From Psammoneis japonica (Eukaryota), in the NCBI GenBank assembly GCA_008632985.1, contig QPGO01000229.1:62001-105282 (forward strand): a DNA stretch of 43,282 bases, read 5' to 3'. The notes beneath the pieces were generated by a model, which had not been told where the DNA came from, did not search any database, and was given only the letters and a program-made list of their open reading frames with translations. Shown piece by piece: positions 22,854 through 34,117 of the stretch. Numbering within the stretch: position 1 is the stretch's first letter; each line of letters starts with the position of its first letter. The translations under genes were made by a program, and so were the position numbers.

Positions 22854-23641
22854 TTGTCCGTCTGAATTTGAAAGTGTGTCCCTCGGATTTTGGAACGGGA
22901 TGGGTTGTTTAGTACAGATGAACTCTTCGGATTCGTAGAATGATCATTGAGGACATGAGAGGTCGTGGGGACATCCTAAAAAATCGATAAATTCCCTACG
23001 ACGGGTACGTGGCACGGTTTTTCAGGAGAGCTCGAAAGTGCTGTAAAATTGGGATTGCCGGCGTGGCATGTTGAAAAATGTATACAGTTATAAACAAAGA
23101 TAATTTATCGTGAATTCTACACGAAACAGTCATATTTGGGAAAACATATCGAACAATAAGTGAGTTTGTGCGATGCGCTATTATGGCGATAAATTGGAAA
23201 AAAAAGAGTGTCCGTGCACCTCGCTACAGCCCCAAAAATGGCATGAGACATCAAATATAACGGTCATCCGCGTCACCGGTGCGGTGGCCACGCCACTCAG
23301 CCGCCACAATGCCGGCCCCGGCGGTAGAGCCCTACGTACGTACAGGCAATACAGCATGCAACGGCACACACCCACACCCACAAAGAAAGACAAGTGGTCA
23401 ATGCTCCCCGCAGGCCTGGTTATTATTTGATGAAATGACAGAGACGACAGAGACGACTCAGACGACTAACTCTAAAGAAACCATGACTGAACTTTTGTCA
23501 ATCGATTCCGAAATTCTCGCTCGCTCTCCATTCCACTCGCTTTCGTTCTCGGATCAGAGACTATCTCTGATCCTCTCACAATATCTAGAACGCTCTTTTG
23601 TGCAAGGTATTGACTTCCTCTAGCATCAATTTTTGAAAGTC

Positions 23642-24756
23642 ATGGTTCGATCATCCTACATTCGCAGCGGTCAAATATCTCGATCATCGGACACCGCGGA
23701 AACACGGTATTCTGTGCGGCGGCTTGCCTTCGTGTTGGCTGCGTTTGCGATTTTCTTTGTATCAAACCCGGCCAATCATGGCGCGATACGGTCGTTGTCT
23801 AAAAACTTCAAATCTGATATTAAGGTTTTCAGCTACTTTTCGAAGCTACCGTCATTCTGCCCATCCGGCACAATGACAAATTACGCTCTTTTTTCGTTGG
23901 AAAAACGCAATATGGAGGGAGTTGACGTGCACATGCTAACTCATTCCTTCCCTCTGTGTCGATACGACTCAAACGGGCTTGATTCGATTTGTACTTCACT
24001 AGGTTAGTGCTGGCAATCTGTTTATGCTATCGCAAACCATTTCATCGCGCTAACGAAGTTTGTTCTTCTTTCATCACTACGCAAATCCAATGCTTAACAG
24101 CCGATAATTTCTGCCACGGCAAATCATTGCTTGACCCAAGTGATCGGCCCTTTACTTTCAGTCGAGTATTATGCGGAGTGCTCATTTGGTTTTGGATCCT
24201 ATCAATGGCAGAGACAACACCATGGGACAAATATTCAGTACGGGGTTTTCGAATTGTTGAACAGAGCAACATAGTGGTGGAGCTCATGACGTCTCTAACA
24301 CCAAAACCCGTCCCCGCCATGGACTTTTTGTTTGTCAACTTCTACCTTTATCCATCGTTGGTTTCCCTCGACAAGATTGTGTCATCATACAAATTTGGCG
24401 GCGACCCATCGTGGAACTTTTACTTTTGGGCTCTGGTGTTTGTCTTTGGGATTGGGGGATTGTCCAACGTGCTTGTCAGAAGAGCCTTTACACGAGAGCG
24501 CAGCTTCAATGGTTTAGGCTCTGTGGTTGGAGCTTGTTTGGGATTTCAACAAGCCATCAAAGGGAGGGACTTCTTGAGACTGTTTGGCACATCACAATCA
24601 CCTTCTACCATGTTTTGGCTACATGTTGCTATTTCCGCCGTCTCGTCATCACCTGGTAGTGTTGTGGCGTTGCTTTTTGGTGGCACAATGGGGTTTGCGC
24701 TAGGAAACCATCTGATCGATCAAAGTAGCCCGTGGAATCCGTTGTTGGGAAAATAA
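23642..24756 (+). CDS. Multi-pass membrane protein, rhomboid-like and probably catalytically inactive; two exons
   Basis: Intron 24003-24100 (GTTAGT...AACAG) joins the frames. TM pattern resembles rhomboid, with NGLGSVVG in place of GxSG and ALLFGG in place of AHLGG. Confidence 0.55.
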
Positions 24757-24830
24757 AACATGCTCGCTGCTTTCGTTTGTCCACTGCCACGCTAAAATAC
24801 CCAAAGTCAACATAGAGACTGTGTTGTTTG

Positions 24831-25811
24831 TCAGTCCACCACCTTTCGTGATATATGCCGCAGAAACTCATACGCGGAGCTAAGGACCGTGCCCCAAATG
24901 CCCATGTGCATAATGCGGGGTCCGAGGCCTCGAAAGAAACCGCGAAAACCACTTTCCTGCATGAGCTGTCGTGCCACGCTTGTCATTGAAGAGGACGATA
25001 AGCCGACCTGTAGACGTGTTTTCACCACATCTAGACCCTGTGTCATTGTCGATGCAACCAACGCAGCGCTCATTCCAGAAAAGACTTGTGTCGCCCCTCG
25101 TTGGAACAATTGTCCTTGGTCAATGTCTGTGTGAGAGTGAAGCCAGTGCTGGCATCCGCTGTACGTGGCCCACCAAATCGTTCCTGTAGGAAGGCTACTA
25201 ACCATTGATAGGCCAAATCCTTTGTATAGGCCGCGCCACCCCTCCTTCTGCAGTACCGATTGGATCACCGACAAGGCACTCCCCTCCCTTGCATACTGAG
25301 TAGAATTCATCACCATTTGCTTTTGAGAAACAACGTCCATTGGAACAACAAATAGCTGCGCAGAAACTGCAGCGATCCCTCCCGCAAGACCTCCAGAGAC
25401 CGATGACACCAATGGCAGAACAGCGTGAGCTTCCTCGGGTCCGGCATAAGCCTGAACGGCGACTCGAGTCAGAACTGTATTTAGATCTTGCCGACTGGAT
25501 TCAAGCACGCCAATGTACACCACTCTAGCAGGTATTGCCAATGACACAACTAGTCCCAAGCCACGATATAACCCACGGAATCCTGACGACTTTATTACTT
25601 CCTTCAGAGTGGCATTGAGAGACGCCTGATGTGTCAGTGAATCACCGGCATGCTTGACACCGCTACTGAGCGTTTGTTGCCGTATTTTCAATACAGTAAT
25701 GGGATGTAGGAGAACTGTCAGCGCCGAATACATACAAGTCCCAATGCCATAGAACTTGACTTTGTCAATATCCGACCATTGCAGCATCTCCGTCTTGGAC
25801 TTCGACGACAT
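24831..25811 (-). CDS. SLC25A44: Mitochondrial carrier (SLC25) protein, SLC25A44-like
   Basis: Three carrier repeats (HPITVLKIRQQ, VPMDVVSQKQM, QGLDVVKTRLQ), GFRGLYRG/GWRGLYKG/GFRGFFRG, N-terminal WSDIDKVKFY. Confidence 0.85.
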   Translation of the reverse strand: MSSKSKTEMLQWSDIDKVKFYGIGTCMYSALTVLLHPITVLKIRQQTLSSGVKHAGDSLTHQASLNATLKEVIKSSGFRGLYRGLGLVVSLAIPARVVYIGVLESSRQDLNTVLTRVAVQAYAGPEEAHAVLPLVSSVSGGLAGGIAAVSAQLFVVPMDVVSQKQMVMNSTQYAREGSALSVIQSVLQKEGWRGLYKGFGLSMVSSLPTGTIWWATYSGCQHWLHSHTDIDQGQLFQRGATQVFSGMSAALVASTMTQGLDVVKTRLQVGLSSSSMTSVARQLMQESGFRGFFRGLGPRIMHMGIWGTVLSSAYEFLRHISRKVVD

Positions 25812-26218
25812 GGTTACGCTGACCGAATCATTGACGTCATGGCGAAGTCAAAAGATGAGAGAGTGAGAAAAGAGAAGAGGTTTCGAAGTCGAAGTGCGTT
25901 GATAATCTGGCTGGAGCTCGTGGAGTTCGTACCGCGTACCGGTACCGGTTACCGGTAAACATCGTCAATGTGAGACAATCGACTGTGGGACGGTTGTAGG
26001 ATGGATGACAGCTAGAAGTAGCTAGGGCCCTATTAAGAGAGTAAAAGAGTAACTGACCAAATGGCTTTCAATGAACCACTAGTTTTTAAAACACTAACAC
26101 TTTTCAAATCGACAGGATGGAAGCACCTAAACGTCACCTGACGGTATCTTCAACTTGTCGATAGTAACCACAATAAGATTCTCCGGACCCCTCAAGCCGA
26201 GTAGCCTCAATCTACTTG

Positions 26219-28054
26219 TTAAAGTAGAGCGGCACCAAGAGAGGCAACGATCACGGCTACGGACAATGGCACGGCCTTCGTCCCGGCAGAAGAATCCGTG
26301 TCAACGGGCTTGTTAGCCTCGGGAATGACGTTGGGAGGAGGCGTAGGAGCACTGGTTGGCGCTTCGGAGGGCGGGTTCGTTGCCACAGGGGCCAAGGAAG
26401 GCTGCATACTCAAAGAGGGAGAAGCCGAGGGACGGAGACTAGGCTGCGACGACGGCATGCGAGTAGGTTCGGTCGAAGGGACATTGGTAGGGCTTTGCGA
26501 AGGGGTTTTCGAAGGCACATCACTTGGGACCATGGAGGGCGCATCACTCGGGGACTGAGACGGCGAAAGCTTGGGCTCTTCGACGGTGCCAACGAAGGGA
26601 AGTCGACGGCATTGCTGAAGGAGAAACAGAAGGAGCCAAAGATGGCATAGACGAGGGGCCGCGGAGGGACGAGGAGGCGCTTCCAAAACCTTGACAATTC
26701 CCGTGGATTCTCCATCAGTATCCAAGGAGCGAACGGAACCAGCTGCTAAGAGTTCTCCGTCGTAAGTCATCGACACGCTCAATAGACCAAATCCAAGACG
26801 ACTGTCAGCGTCTCCATCGATATCGGCACCAACTTGTGTCCAGTCATTCTCGATGTACTCGAACACCTTGACGTGACCACTACGGTCGTTGTGAAAGAAG
26901 GAGGAAGCAGCGATACGATCTCCATCCTTGGATACTGATACTGCGCGACCAAACTTGTCGTCCATGTCATTTCCTGCAATCTCGCGACCTTTACGGACCC
27001 AAGATCCCTCCATGAGCTCGTACATTGTCACCTTTCCCGAGTCCGGACTGTTCAAGTTACTGCCGGGCGACGCAACGATAAGGGTCGATCCATCACCACT
27101 CAAGTCCACCGAGAAACCAAACTTGACACCTGGAGAAGAGCCTGGAGGAACGTCGTCTACTTGAACCCACTCGTCATCTTGCGAAGAGTAGTCAAAGACG
27201 CGGACAGCGCCACGGTCGTTGTCAAAGTTCGGTGCAGAAACAGCGAGTCGATCTCCGGTGGATGAGACGGCCGTCATCCATCCAAAGCGTTCCTGAAAGT
27301 TCGTGCCACCAAGAGTGTGCTTGAGTTCCCACACGCCATTGACGTCTTCAAAGACCTGCACACGCCCAGTAAAGCCATCGTGACGGTCCGAGCTGACAAA
27401 AAGACGAGTGCCATCCGGCGAGAGAGTGACCGTGGTTGCGTCCTTTTCACCAGGAATAGAGCCCATAGGGGTAGGATCAAAGGTTGGAGTGATATCGTAA
27501 ATCTCAACCCGGTTGGTAGGTTTGTAACGGCGAACGGCGATGCGAGAGCCGTCTTCCGATACGGAGAAGCGGTCTCCAATCCTCTCGTCGGTGTCACCGG
27601 CAAGAAACCAGGTAAGATCCCACCCGTTGTTGACGCGGTCGTACAAGAAGACTCCACCACAGTGTTCCCTGACGTGATCCGCATCCATCGTAGGAGTGCT
27701 GTAGTCGTGGAAACGGGCACCAACAGCCAAGCGGGATCCACCAGCAGCGGAAAGCTCGACCGAGGTTCCAAACTCAGTGTCGCCCCGAAGAGACATGGGG
27801 GGAGCACCAAAGATGCTACCCAACAAGTTGAATCCATCAGGTGCAAGACGGCGGTCGTCAGAAGACTGCTTGACGGCTCCCTGCGAACAAACGAAAGCCG
27901 AGAGACGAAAGCAAGTTAGCCAAAACTTGCGGACAACCAAGAATTGCAATGCCAACAAACCAGGAGGCTTCGATAGAGATACACTTACAACGTTGGCTCC
28001 AGGCGACGCCATGGTGGCGACAAGAGAGGCGGAAAGAACAAGAAGACGGTTCAT
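26219..28054 (-). CDS. Secreted/cell-surface protein: FG-GAP-like beta-propeller repeats, Ser/Pro/Thr-rich stalk, probable GPI-anchor signal
   Basis: Likely start MNRLLVLSASL (28054). In-frame intron 27881-27988 (GTAAGT...CGCAG). Repeats FG.SV.LS.DG..LAV.A. PS.SPS tetrapeptides. C-terminal SSAG + hydrophobic tail. The ORF-track extension to 28432 is probably non-coding. Confidence 0.8.
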   Translation of the reverse strand: MNRLLVLSASLVATMASPGANVVSVSLSKPPGLLALQFLVVRKFWLTCFRLSAFVCSQGAVKQSSDDRRLAPDGFNLLGSIFGAPPMSLRGDTEFGTSVELSAAGGSRLAVGARFHDYSTPTMDADHVREHCGGVFLYDRVNNGWDLTWFLAGDTDERIGDRFSVSEDGSRIAVRRYKPTNRVEIYDITPTFDPTPMGSIPGEKDATTVTLSPDGTRLFVSSDRHDGFTGRVQVFEDVNGVWELKHTLGGTNFQERFGWMTAVSSTGDRLAVSAPNFDNDRGAVRVFDYSSQDDEWVQVDDVPPGSSPGVKFGFSVDLSGDGSTLIVASPGSNLNSPDSGKVTMYELMEGSWVRKGREIAGNDMDDKFGRAVSVSKDGDRIAASSFFHNDRSGHVKVFEYIENDWTQVGADIDGDADSRLGFGLLSVSMTYDGELLAAGSVRSLDTDGESTGIVKVLEAPPRPSAAPRLCHLWLLLFLLQQCRRLPFVGTVEEPKLSPSQSPSDAPSMVPSDVPSKTPSQSPTNVPSTEPTRMPSSQPSLRPSASPSLSMQPSLAPVATNPPSEAPTSAPTPPPNVIPEANKPVDTDSSAGTKAVPLSVAVIVASLGAALL

Positions 28055-28964
28055 GGTAGAGCTTATGCTTCTTCTCAGAGAGACTGCTTCACGGTCAGCT
28101 GAACTGAGAAATTGTGTGAACTCTGTCGACCGAGGAAAAGTGCGGTCCGATTGAGCGCTGTGCAAACGACCGTTGCTCCCCCATAGTAAGATCTGTACGT
28201 AGTAAGCACGTTGCTTCTTCAGCAACGGCTGGGAACGTTTCTCGTCAGCACGATTCTGCAACGGCTGTCCACGCGATCTTGTACTGGTTGCTACGTCTCC
28301 AGCAGAAACGGCTGGGAGCAATCGTGTCGAAGCCACAACTCTCGGCAGGTTTCTTCCAAAACATGCCATCGTCCCGGGATTACCCGCATGGTTCTCATTC
28401 CGACAAAACCTGGAAGATAATATTCTATCCACGTTAACGTTGAAGTAGTATAGAAACTGATATCCTCCCTCCGCATCTTAAGAACTCACTTTTAATTCAC
28501 ACCTGACGCTTGTTCTTGATTACAACGGGTTGAATCATCCGCGCACAACACAGCCACTTTGAAAATTCAATATCTACAGAATAGTCGTATGAAGCGCAGC
28601 GGCGATGACCTTGAGGTTGCAACGCCTCCGCCGGTTTCGTTCTCCGCCATCGTCCGTGTTTCTCAACTCTCAACTCCGGATTGGTTTGGACTTTGGGCGC
28701 CCTTGCTTTTCCGAAAAGCAACAAATATGTATTCGTTTACGTAGGTTATGATATTTTATCGTCACCCAACTATTTGTGCTAGAATGAATACTGGATGTCA
28801 CGTACAATGGACATTTCATTGCTTATTTCCCTCCAACGCAGTCCCAACGCATGCTTTCGCGATTGCCATTATTGCCATGTCGTGTGTTCAATGGCGTTCA
28901 AGCTAGCGACGAAAGGCACAAACCATTCACTAATTCAAAGTTCTACTAGAGGAAGAATAGTAAT

Positions 28965-30353
28965 ATGGCGAGCTCGGTAACTGCCGAGGACTGGATGAAA
29001 GGTATCGCCTTGTCGGTGATGGCATCCATTGTTGGCGGTGCTTCCAAGCTTGCAATTCGCAAGTCTTGGCTCATGGAACTAAAGGCAAGCGATACAGTAG
29101 AGGAAATGTCATCTGATGATGAGGAAGATAATGATGTGTTTTGTGAGAATGACACTCCGAGAGGATCGTCCGCGCCGTATAGACAAATCGCAGAGGACAC
29201 GCAGTCCAGTACAAGTAGTTCATCATCAAGCGGTGCCACGCAGTCTGAACAAGACGCGACAAAGTCATTGATTGTTCCCTATGCGCTTCGTTTGTCCGGA
29301 ATGATTGGAATGACATTTTTGAATCCACTGTGTTGTGTTGTGGCAATGAACTACGCATCGCCGAGTATCTTGGCACCATTCAGTGGGTTGACGCTTGTGT
29401 GGATTGTTCTCTTTTCGAATCCCGTGATTGGTGAGAAGCCTTCACAAGCGCAAGTGGTTGCTGCCTCATTAATTGTTATGGGTGAAGTCATTATAGCAAT
29501 GTTTGGAGATCATAAAAACGATGAAGATGTCACACTTAGCCAGCTGGTACGTTGTCACACAAATGTTTGGACTGTCTCTCAATATGGAACCTTTGCCGTC
29601 CGTTCACAATTGTTATCATTTGCTCCACGTCTCCTTTTGTACACCAGAGGAATTCATACCTGGACCCTGTGTTCATTTGTTACTTTGTTGGGATTGGGCT
29701 ATGAAATGAAATTCGGCACGTCTCCTATCCTGAAGCGTTTTGCTTGGGGTGTGTCGGGAGGCACTATTACCGGGGTACAGAACTTTCTAAAAGACTCACT
29801 TACGATTCTCAAGGCAGTGAGGGTGTCACATGAGGCACATTATCCCTGGTATCTATACGTTATGATTCTTCTTGCCATGTCTACGGCATTTGGTGGGCTC
29901 TTGCTTTTGACAGCTTGTATGAAACGCTACGACGCGACTTACTCCTCTGCCATGTTTGTTGGCTCGTTTGTGGTTTCCGCAAGCATCATGAGCGCTGTCC
30001 ATTACAACACATTTCAGAATTTGAAGCATTACTGGAACTATATTCTTTATCCTACCGGTTTGGTCGTTCTGATGGCTGGAGTTTTCACTCTTGTCCGTGA
30101 AACACCCAAGCGCGATGAAATTGCTGAACCCGATCATTCGTCAAACGTTTCGACCGACGCGGCAAAGGGCCAGACCAGTAGTAAGCAAGCGGAACTGGTA
30201 AGGCTAACTTGCAGCGTCCCAATTACGTATGGGGTTGCCTCTGTCTATGCACACTGAAAATTGATCTCACCGTGCTTTTCATTCATTCGGTAGAACGAGC
30301 CATTGGTCCAGATAGTGACAGGGCCTGGCGAAGGAGGAGACTTGGCATGGTGA
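28965..30353 (+). CDS. NIPA-like magnesium transporter (DMT superfamily), spliced
   Basis: AMNYASPSILAPFSGLTLVWIVLFS...GE, KRYDATY, about 9 TMs. Introns near 29547-29647 and 30198-30292. A frame problem near 29700 suggests a small deletion. Confidence 0.8.
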
Positions 30354-31548
30354 TCTCTGTCATCTTCGGTGGACTAATGCCTATCTTTGGGATAGGGCGT
30401 CAAATAAGGCGGTCCTGCTTATCCCTAGGCACATTATTTGCTTTGCTCAGCGCTGAGCTGCTTCCTGGCCGTTGAACACACAGCGATGCTCCATGTGAAT
30501 CTGGTGGTGACGACGCGTTCAACACGACAATTGATTCGACTATCATCAAAGCTACCACTACATTAGTCATTGCCGGTGCTGAAAGACACTGTGCGAGGAA
30601 GCATTTCTGCACTGATGCCGGGATAGAATGGGCTTTCCGCACGAATTTTGGTGTACTTTGAGATCAGCGCTCGAACCAAGTTCGGGGGTCTTGCGCTCAA
30701 CAACGCGTTTCTGTCGCCCGTTAGGGCGTACTCTCCAAATCAGTAGAGCGTTGTCGTTGTCAGTAATATGAGAAAACTTGTTGCACTTCTAACTGTGCTG
30801 CCACCGCAACAGGATGCGTCCGCCATCGTCATGCCGTAGTCTCAAGTCGTTTCTTGTCTGTGATCTCAATCATCGCGTTAGTACAATAACAACATACAGT
30901 ACTGTACAGTACATTTTCTATTAGGTAGTCATTATGCAATAAGTCATTCGTTGTGCTGCATTAACGAGTCATTATGTCTACTTATGGCCTGTAGTCGTAT
31001 TTAACACAGAGACATTCGATGATTGGTTCGCTTACAACAAGGAGGTTCGCGTTCTCGACCATTGGGATGCATCGCCCTTGCATGTTGCATGCCACAAACA
31101 GACCAAGACCCACAATCAAACAATCAAACTATTACTTAGTAGAGAGTAGTCGTACATACAGAGAAGCGAGGAGAACAGGTGAGACGTCTGTTGGCACAAT
31201 GTGAATGAGCACCGCGGTGACACAAAGGACGTCCGTGAATGACATTCTGTAATAAGCTGGAATTCATAGACTACAGAAGTTTCGTCTGGGACCATCGAGC
31301 AACCTGTCTAGCCTGTTCTTTCTGTTGATGGAAGTTCACGTTTGATGTCCCGGTGTCGATTTTTTGTTCTCGAAGTGACTCATGGATTTTAGGAACACAG
31401 CTGTTGTTGCTAGCTGATGCAGACACAAAAGTTGTCGACTTCTGAATATCGAAAACTCTTTGATCGTAAGATGACTGCTCCTGAAGGTGGCCCTCACTCT
31501 TTCATCTTTTAATTTTCTTTTACCGTATTATAAGAACGCGAACTAAAA

Positions 31549-33072
31549 ATGAGACGCAACATTCAAATATGTGCCCTTGGGTACGTTTTGATGATGACAG
31601 TAACGCAGCCCACATCGGCCGAATTGGAATCAGGTTGCGGACAAGGCCGAAGAAATCCCTGCAAGATTTTCACGTACAAAGATCTAAAGAATATCGAGAC
31701 TCATGGACTAAACCTGCACTATATCTTGGTGAATGATATCGATGCTGATCCCTCAGATAACTTTGATCCGATTGGGAACAAGACAAATCCGTTTCTCGGA
31801 TCCCTAAATGGCAATTTTCACACGATTCGCGGCCTCAACATTCATACCAATGGCGCAACCGAAACGGGATTCTTTGGTGCAGCTACAAAAAGAGCCTATA
31901 TTCGTCATCTTACTCTTGAGAGCCCACGAGTTCGTGGCGGGTCGTCTGTGGGTGCCCTACTTGGATATGCAAGTGGTGGAAATGTCCGTCTCCGAGATAT
32001 CCTGATTAAGAATCCTGCCGTGGTTGGCACCAGGTCGGTTGGTGGATTAGTAGGGAGAGCACGCCGTTTTGATAGCGTGACATGCAGCCACGTCCGTGGT
32101 GGCACTGTGAAAGGACGGGCTTTTGTTGGTGGTCTTGTTGGTTTCTCGGGTGCCGCCGGGAATCCATTCCAAGGCCATATTCATGTCGTGAGCTCAAGTG
32201 CTGATAAAGTTATTGTTACCGCCGATCATAGCTGTGGTGGTTTGATAGGATACGCCGACTCGCACACGTGGATCAGTGACACCTATGCTATTGAAAGTGT
32301 CACGGAATGTCACGATAAGTCTGGAGGGTTGGTTGGAGTTTTACAACGTGATGCCAGAATTTTCAGTAGTTATGCTGTGGGTAAAGTCAATCTACTTGGT
32401 AAACAGGGGAACAGTAGCGCCTTTGGTGGTGGCCTTGTCGGCATAGCTGAAAGCACAGATATTACTTTCGAGAGAAGTTTTGCCTCAGTTACAGTCTCAG
32501 GCGGCAAAATGGGAGTCGTTGGCGGCATCATTGGCAACGTGCCGGGTGTAGGTGCTAAGTTCGAGGACAATTTCTGTTTGATGAGCCCTCCAGTCGGCAA
32601 CTACACAGTACGAGACGACGAAGTAAAGGTAGTCGACAGCATAAGTCATTTTTGGAATCATAGCAATGAACCGATGAATACGTGGGGGTCCAATTGGTTG
32701 TTTGGGGAAAGCGAGTATCCAACATACAAATGTTTGATATTCAGCAGCATCGAAATCCCCAAGATCAAAAAGAAAATCCGGAGACAACTGAAAAGGATCA
32801 AGAGCCAGATAGAGGCAATACCAACCATCAAACGAAGCGAGGCCATGATCAAGAAAGTTGGCTTCGCAAAACGAAGTCTCGAAGTTAATCCACTTTCATA
32901 TCGCCGCTTTAGTGAAGCAGAGGAGTCGTTGGATGAGCTGGTTAAGCAGATAAACAGTAAGGTCTGGAAGAAAGAAATTTCCTTTGAAGAGCAATACTCT
33001 CTTGAGGATGCAGTACAGACTGTGCTGGGTCTCATGGAGGATCTCCGGAGTGTTGGTGCTTTAGTGGGGTGA
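31549..33072 (+). CDS. Secreted GLUG-motif beta-helical repeat protein with helical C-terminal domain
   Basis: Signal peptide, YILVNDID...FDPIG...F.GSLNGNFHTIRGLNI...GFFG, repeated VGGLVG/GGLIG/GGIIG; intronless. Confidence 0.8.
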   Translation: MRRNIQICALGYVLMMTVTQPTSAELESGCGQGRRNPCKIFTYKDLKNIETHGLNLHYILVNDIDADPSDNFDPIGNKTNPFLGSLNGNFHTIRGLNIHTNGATETGFFGAATKRAYIRHLTLESPRVRGGSSVGALLGYASGGNVRLRDILIKNPAVVGTRSVGGLVGRARRFDSVTCSHVRGGTVKGRAFVGGLVGFSGAAGNPFQGHIHVVSSSADKVIVTADHSCGGLIGYADSHTWISDTYAIESVTECHDKSGGLVGVLQRDARIFSSYAVGKVNLLGKQGNSSAFGGGLVGIAESTDITFERSFASVTVSGGKMGVVGGIIGNVPGVGAKFEDNFCLMSPPVGNYTVRDDEVKVVDSISHFWNHSNEPMNTWGSNWLFGESEYPTYKCLIFSSIEIPKIKKKIRRQLKRIKSQIEAIPTIKRSEAMIKKVGFAKRSLEVNPLSYRRFSEAEESLDELVKQINSKVWKKEISFEEQYSLEDAVQTVLGLMEDLRSVGALVG

Positions 33073-33205
33073 TACAAATTCAGACTCACACTTTCACGGC
33101 AATGAAGTCGCGTTCAACATGACAATTGATTATCAGTATTGTTATCACTTGCAAGCATGTCAGGTGCACAGCGGCGGTGTAAAATAAGCTTACAGCCTGG
33201 CAGGT

Positions 33206-34117
33206 TCAGCGAAACTCTGCAAAGTTTGTGTGTCCGGTTTCCGTTGCGTGTGTCTGAGCTTCCGCAGCTCCGAGCAAGGCCTTTTGGCAAACTGTGCAAC
33301 GAAGTGAGAAATTGCCGCTGCTGGTATCTGTGAAAGCATTTTTGCGGTGCTGCTCCGAGCAGACGGTCATCCCCATGTTTAGCGCGACTTGATCTCGCGG
33401 AGAAAATTGGGTGACATCCGCTTCTTCTGGTAGTGTGTCATCGAATGTAAACGCAAGCGCATCATAATGAATACCGTCATAAATGACAAAGACACGTTGT
33501 TGATAGTTCTCTTCCGTTCCATAAATGTCGACACGATCCCGGATGATGTCAAAAGCTGCAATCTCTGTTTTGAAAAGCCGACTGAAAATCAGCAATTCGA
33601 TTTGACCACCCCACGCTTTCGAATCGGTAATAAAGTTGACATAGTCCTCGGGAGGTCGCCCGAGAAAGGCTTCGGTGAATGTTACAGGGTCATCTCTAAC
33701 CGCTTTTGCTACCATTTGACGAAGAACGGGTGCTTCTTTTCGAGACTTGTTAAATAGAACATAGCCAATCGAATTAAACAAACAAGAGTTGTCGGCGGCA
33801 ATCACTCTCCGTACGACTTTCCCGTCAGCTTCGACCAGTGACGGCTCGTTGCACGCAGCCTCGTCTTCAAATGAAACGGTTGGAGGGTCTCGCTCCCCAG
33901 TAGAAGAGACATGTATCATATCAACATTGCTTGGGAATTTCTCTCCTGAAGTAGAGGCGGAGAATGGGCGAGGTGGGTATCCCGTCTTCCACACTTGTGA
34001 TCGCGGAGCGATTTCTGGCACCTGTTCTTCAATCAACCGAGAAACATCGCCCATGGAACTCCCACTCGGAACTTCGATTGTGGAGGATCCACCAGAGTGC
34101 CTTATCCTTACTCTCAT
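33206..34117 (-). CDS. OTU1: OTU1/YOD1 deubiquitinase (Ubl/UBX-like + OTU + C2H2 zinc finger)
   Basis: MRVRIRH...GYPPR, IAADNSCLFNSI, WGGQIEL, YDGIHYDAL, LRCTVCQKALLGAAEAQTHATETGHTNFAEF. Start probably 34117 (alternative 34189). Confidence 0.93.
   Translation of the reverse strand: MRVRIRHSGGSSTIEVPSGSSMGDVSRLIEEQVPEIAPRSQVWKTGYPPRPFSASTSGEKFPSNVDMIHVSSTGERDPPTVSFEDEAACNEPSLVEADGKVVRRVIAADNSCLFNSIGYVLFNKSRKEAPVLRQMVAKAVRDDPVTFTEAFLGRPPEDYVNFITDSKAWGGQIELLIFSRLFKTEIAAFDIIRDRVDIYGTEENYQQRVFVIYDGIHYDALAFTFDDTLPEEADVTQFSPRDQVALNMGMTVCSEQHRKNAFTDTSSGNFSLRCTVCQKALLGAAEAQTHATETGHTNFAEFR

Noticed and set aside
9850..22920. Classical RIP or plain CpG decay as the sole explanation
   Set aside because: C->T changes cannot remove TpA, and RIP would increase it.
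26570..26660. Hydrophobic 'RLCHLWLLLFLLQQC' segment that looks like a TM helix in the surface protein
   Set aside because: Adjacent frames read SSMPSLAPSVSPSAMPST and PSLAPSKSPS. Three compensating 1-nt deletions explain it, probably consensus errors.
30400..30835. Possible small minus-strand gene downstream of the NIPA-like gene
   Set aside because: No consistent frame or recognisable motif.
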